The notes beneath the pieces are model-generated. The model saw only the letters and a list, made by a program, of their open reading frames with translations, was not told the origin of the DNA and did no database searches. The position numbers were made by a program, and so were the translations under genes. A DNA stretch of 63,766 bases, the filler included, from Octopus bimaculoides (Eukaryota), in the NCBI RefSeq assembly GCF_001194135.2. It is 5 parts of 5 records of this genome, joined end to end, with 100 filler letters (N's around TTAATTAATTAA, not from the genome) between each part and the next. Parts side by side here need not be neighbours in the genome. Positions count along the whole stretch, not along the records: positions 59,921 to 63,766 come from NC_068998.1; 4 more parts are not named here. One strand, 5' to 3'. This document shows, in pieces, positions 61,989 to 63,766 of this stretch; within the stretch, counting starts at the first letter, position 1; each line of letters opens with the position of its first letter.

Positions 61989-62150
61989 AAGGCGGTGAGA
62001 TAGTGTAATTGTAAGCACACCGGGTAAAAAGCTTAGCACCATTTCGACCGTCTTCACGTTTTGAGTTCGAATTCTATAGAGGCCGTCTCTGCTTTTCACC
62101 TTTCCGGATTTGATAAAATAAAAACCAGTTGAGTACTGGGATCGATTTGA
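61989..62150 (+). mobile_element. SINE family 3, diverged
   Basis: AAGGCGGTGAG...GAGTTCGAATTC...TTTTCACCTTTCCGGATTTGATAAAATAAAAACCAGTTGAGTACTGGGATCGAT. Confidence 0.75.
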
Positions 62151-63766
62151 AAAACATGATTTATTTTTACAAGAGAATAAATCATAATGATTTGTTTTGC
62201 GTAAATGAGTGGAATGACGCTACATGTGTAGAAGGCTTCCGCTAATATTTATGAAATGAAGTGGATTTCACGATGTAAGTCTATTTGTTGTTGAGGCTAT
62301 AGTGAATTCTGACAGATTTGCTTTATGTTAAATATGTATTTCAGCTCTGACTATCTCGTACGATATTAATAATATTTTTGTAATAGACAAACATTGCAGC
62401 TATACATATATTTACACAAAACTTCCAACTATAAGCCGTCATGAATATGAATAATTTAAACACGTTAAGTAGACTTTCCAAAGTGTTAGCTTGTGGCAAG
62501 ATTTTAAATCGCATAAGTACTTTTAACTTCTGAGGTAATAAGAACTGAATTTTGCAATATGTTTGTATAGAAGGAATATAAACATAAAATCCCCATTTAA
62601 TAATGTAATCAAATTTCATTCTATCCTTGAATCTAAATATGATTTCCAAAATAACCAGCAATGTTTTATGACTTGACTATATGTAAAACATCAAATATAT
62701 TATTACAACAGGAACCCCTTCAGACTGCCTGATTAGCTGATCAAACATTTAGTGATTGCTATTTAACTCAATTCTGTTATATTTAGTCTCATTAACTTAC
62801 AAACTTCCAAAACATAGTAGTTCGACAACAAACAGAAGAAAATAATATTTCTTTCATACATATATCTCATTTCAGCAAACAGACAACTTGCGTTCATATG
62901 ATGTTTTGGGACAGAATAAATGTGTAGGACAGTAAATTTATCGCTTAAACATATGTAATTCATCATTGGAGCATGTAACTGGATATGACATTTTGATGGC
63001 TTCGATGTCTAGGAGGGAGATTTTACTTGCATACCATAGGTATAACTTAGTGAAATATAAAATTCCAAGTTGAAATTTGCAATTAAAAACAATTTCATTA
63101 ATAGACATGAAATTCATTTTCAATAATGACGATAAAGTCCCCATGATTAACAAACGTATAGTACAGATCACCTGCTGATATTTTCTTGTAATATCAATCT
63201 TATTTCTTTGAGATATGGGTTTACTCAAGTTCCTATAATACGTCTCCCAAATAGTGAATGAGTGGATCGCTTTCACTATTTCCATAATACATGGCATACC
63301 ATATTTTTTATTAACGTTCCTTAAGTAAGCGTTCATGTAATAGTGTTCCTTTCTCAGTTAATTATGGATTTAACCCGTGTTGGGGTACCTTGATAACATT
63401 GCGTTACCATAAATCTACAGATATACTGATTTGACTGGTAGTTTGTAACATTCTTTTATATATCTGAATATGCTGACACAACAGAAACGATCGTCGGTAA
63501 TATATGTTCTAATCGTAATCAGTTAAACTTATGATTTACCCTGTTCATATTCATATTGTCATACAATCAAGTTTTCTTGAAATTCCTTAAGCTATATGTT
63601 GACATGCTTGTCATACATGAAGATTTAATTTGGCTGTTAACTCTACTAGAATTTATCACAGGTTGTGTGGCATTGGTAACCAGGTTCGCTTAACCAATGA
63701 GTTATTTGCAGATATCCATCTGGATATATTATTCCCTTTCATTGCTTTATATATATATATATATAT

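Noticed and set aside
62938-63336. 132-aa minus-strand ORF
   Set aside because: No recognisable domain or convincing splice context in AT-rich DNA. Cannot be supported without a homology search.

Overview
AT-rich, microsatellite-dense eukaryotic DNA with many assembly gaps. From recall of the repeat families it is most likely an octopus (cephalopod) draft genome; this is an inference, not a database match. The window is not contiguous: four artificial 100-nt linkers (44 N + TTAATTAATTAA + 44 N) join five separate scaffolds (1-7012, 7113-36347, 36448-54238, 54339-59820, 59921-63766). No intact gene, RNA gene or CRISPR array can be identified. Content is mainly (i) several tRNA-derived SINE families, (ii) decayed non-LTR retrotransposons (R4/Dong-type restriction-like-endonuclease elements, RTE with a PHD-type finger after the RT YADD motif, CR1/L2-like and Tx1-like remnants), (iii) a mariner transposase relic and small MITEs, and (iv) Penelope-like terminal fragments. 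Four low-confidence minus-strand exons suggest unidentified host genes. The best leads are: minimal hammerhead-ribozyme-like motifs with non-canonical cores, including a divergent pair in a 120-bp inverted repeat (22607-23388) and a second variant family (39884, 41682); a head-to-tail chain of (TAA)n-associated R4/Dong elements with a non-coding ~535-bp partner element (55433-59650); and strong CpG decay in the third scaffold, suggesting it lies in a methylated gene body. All were read by eye and need computational confirmation.
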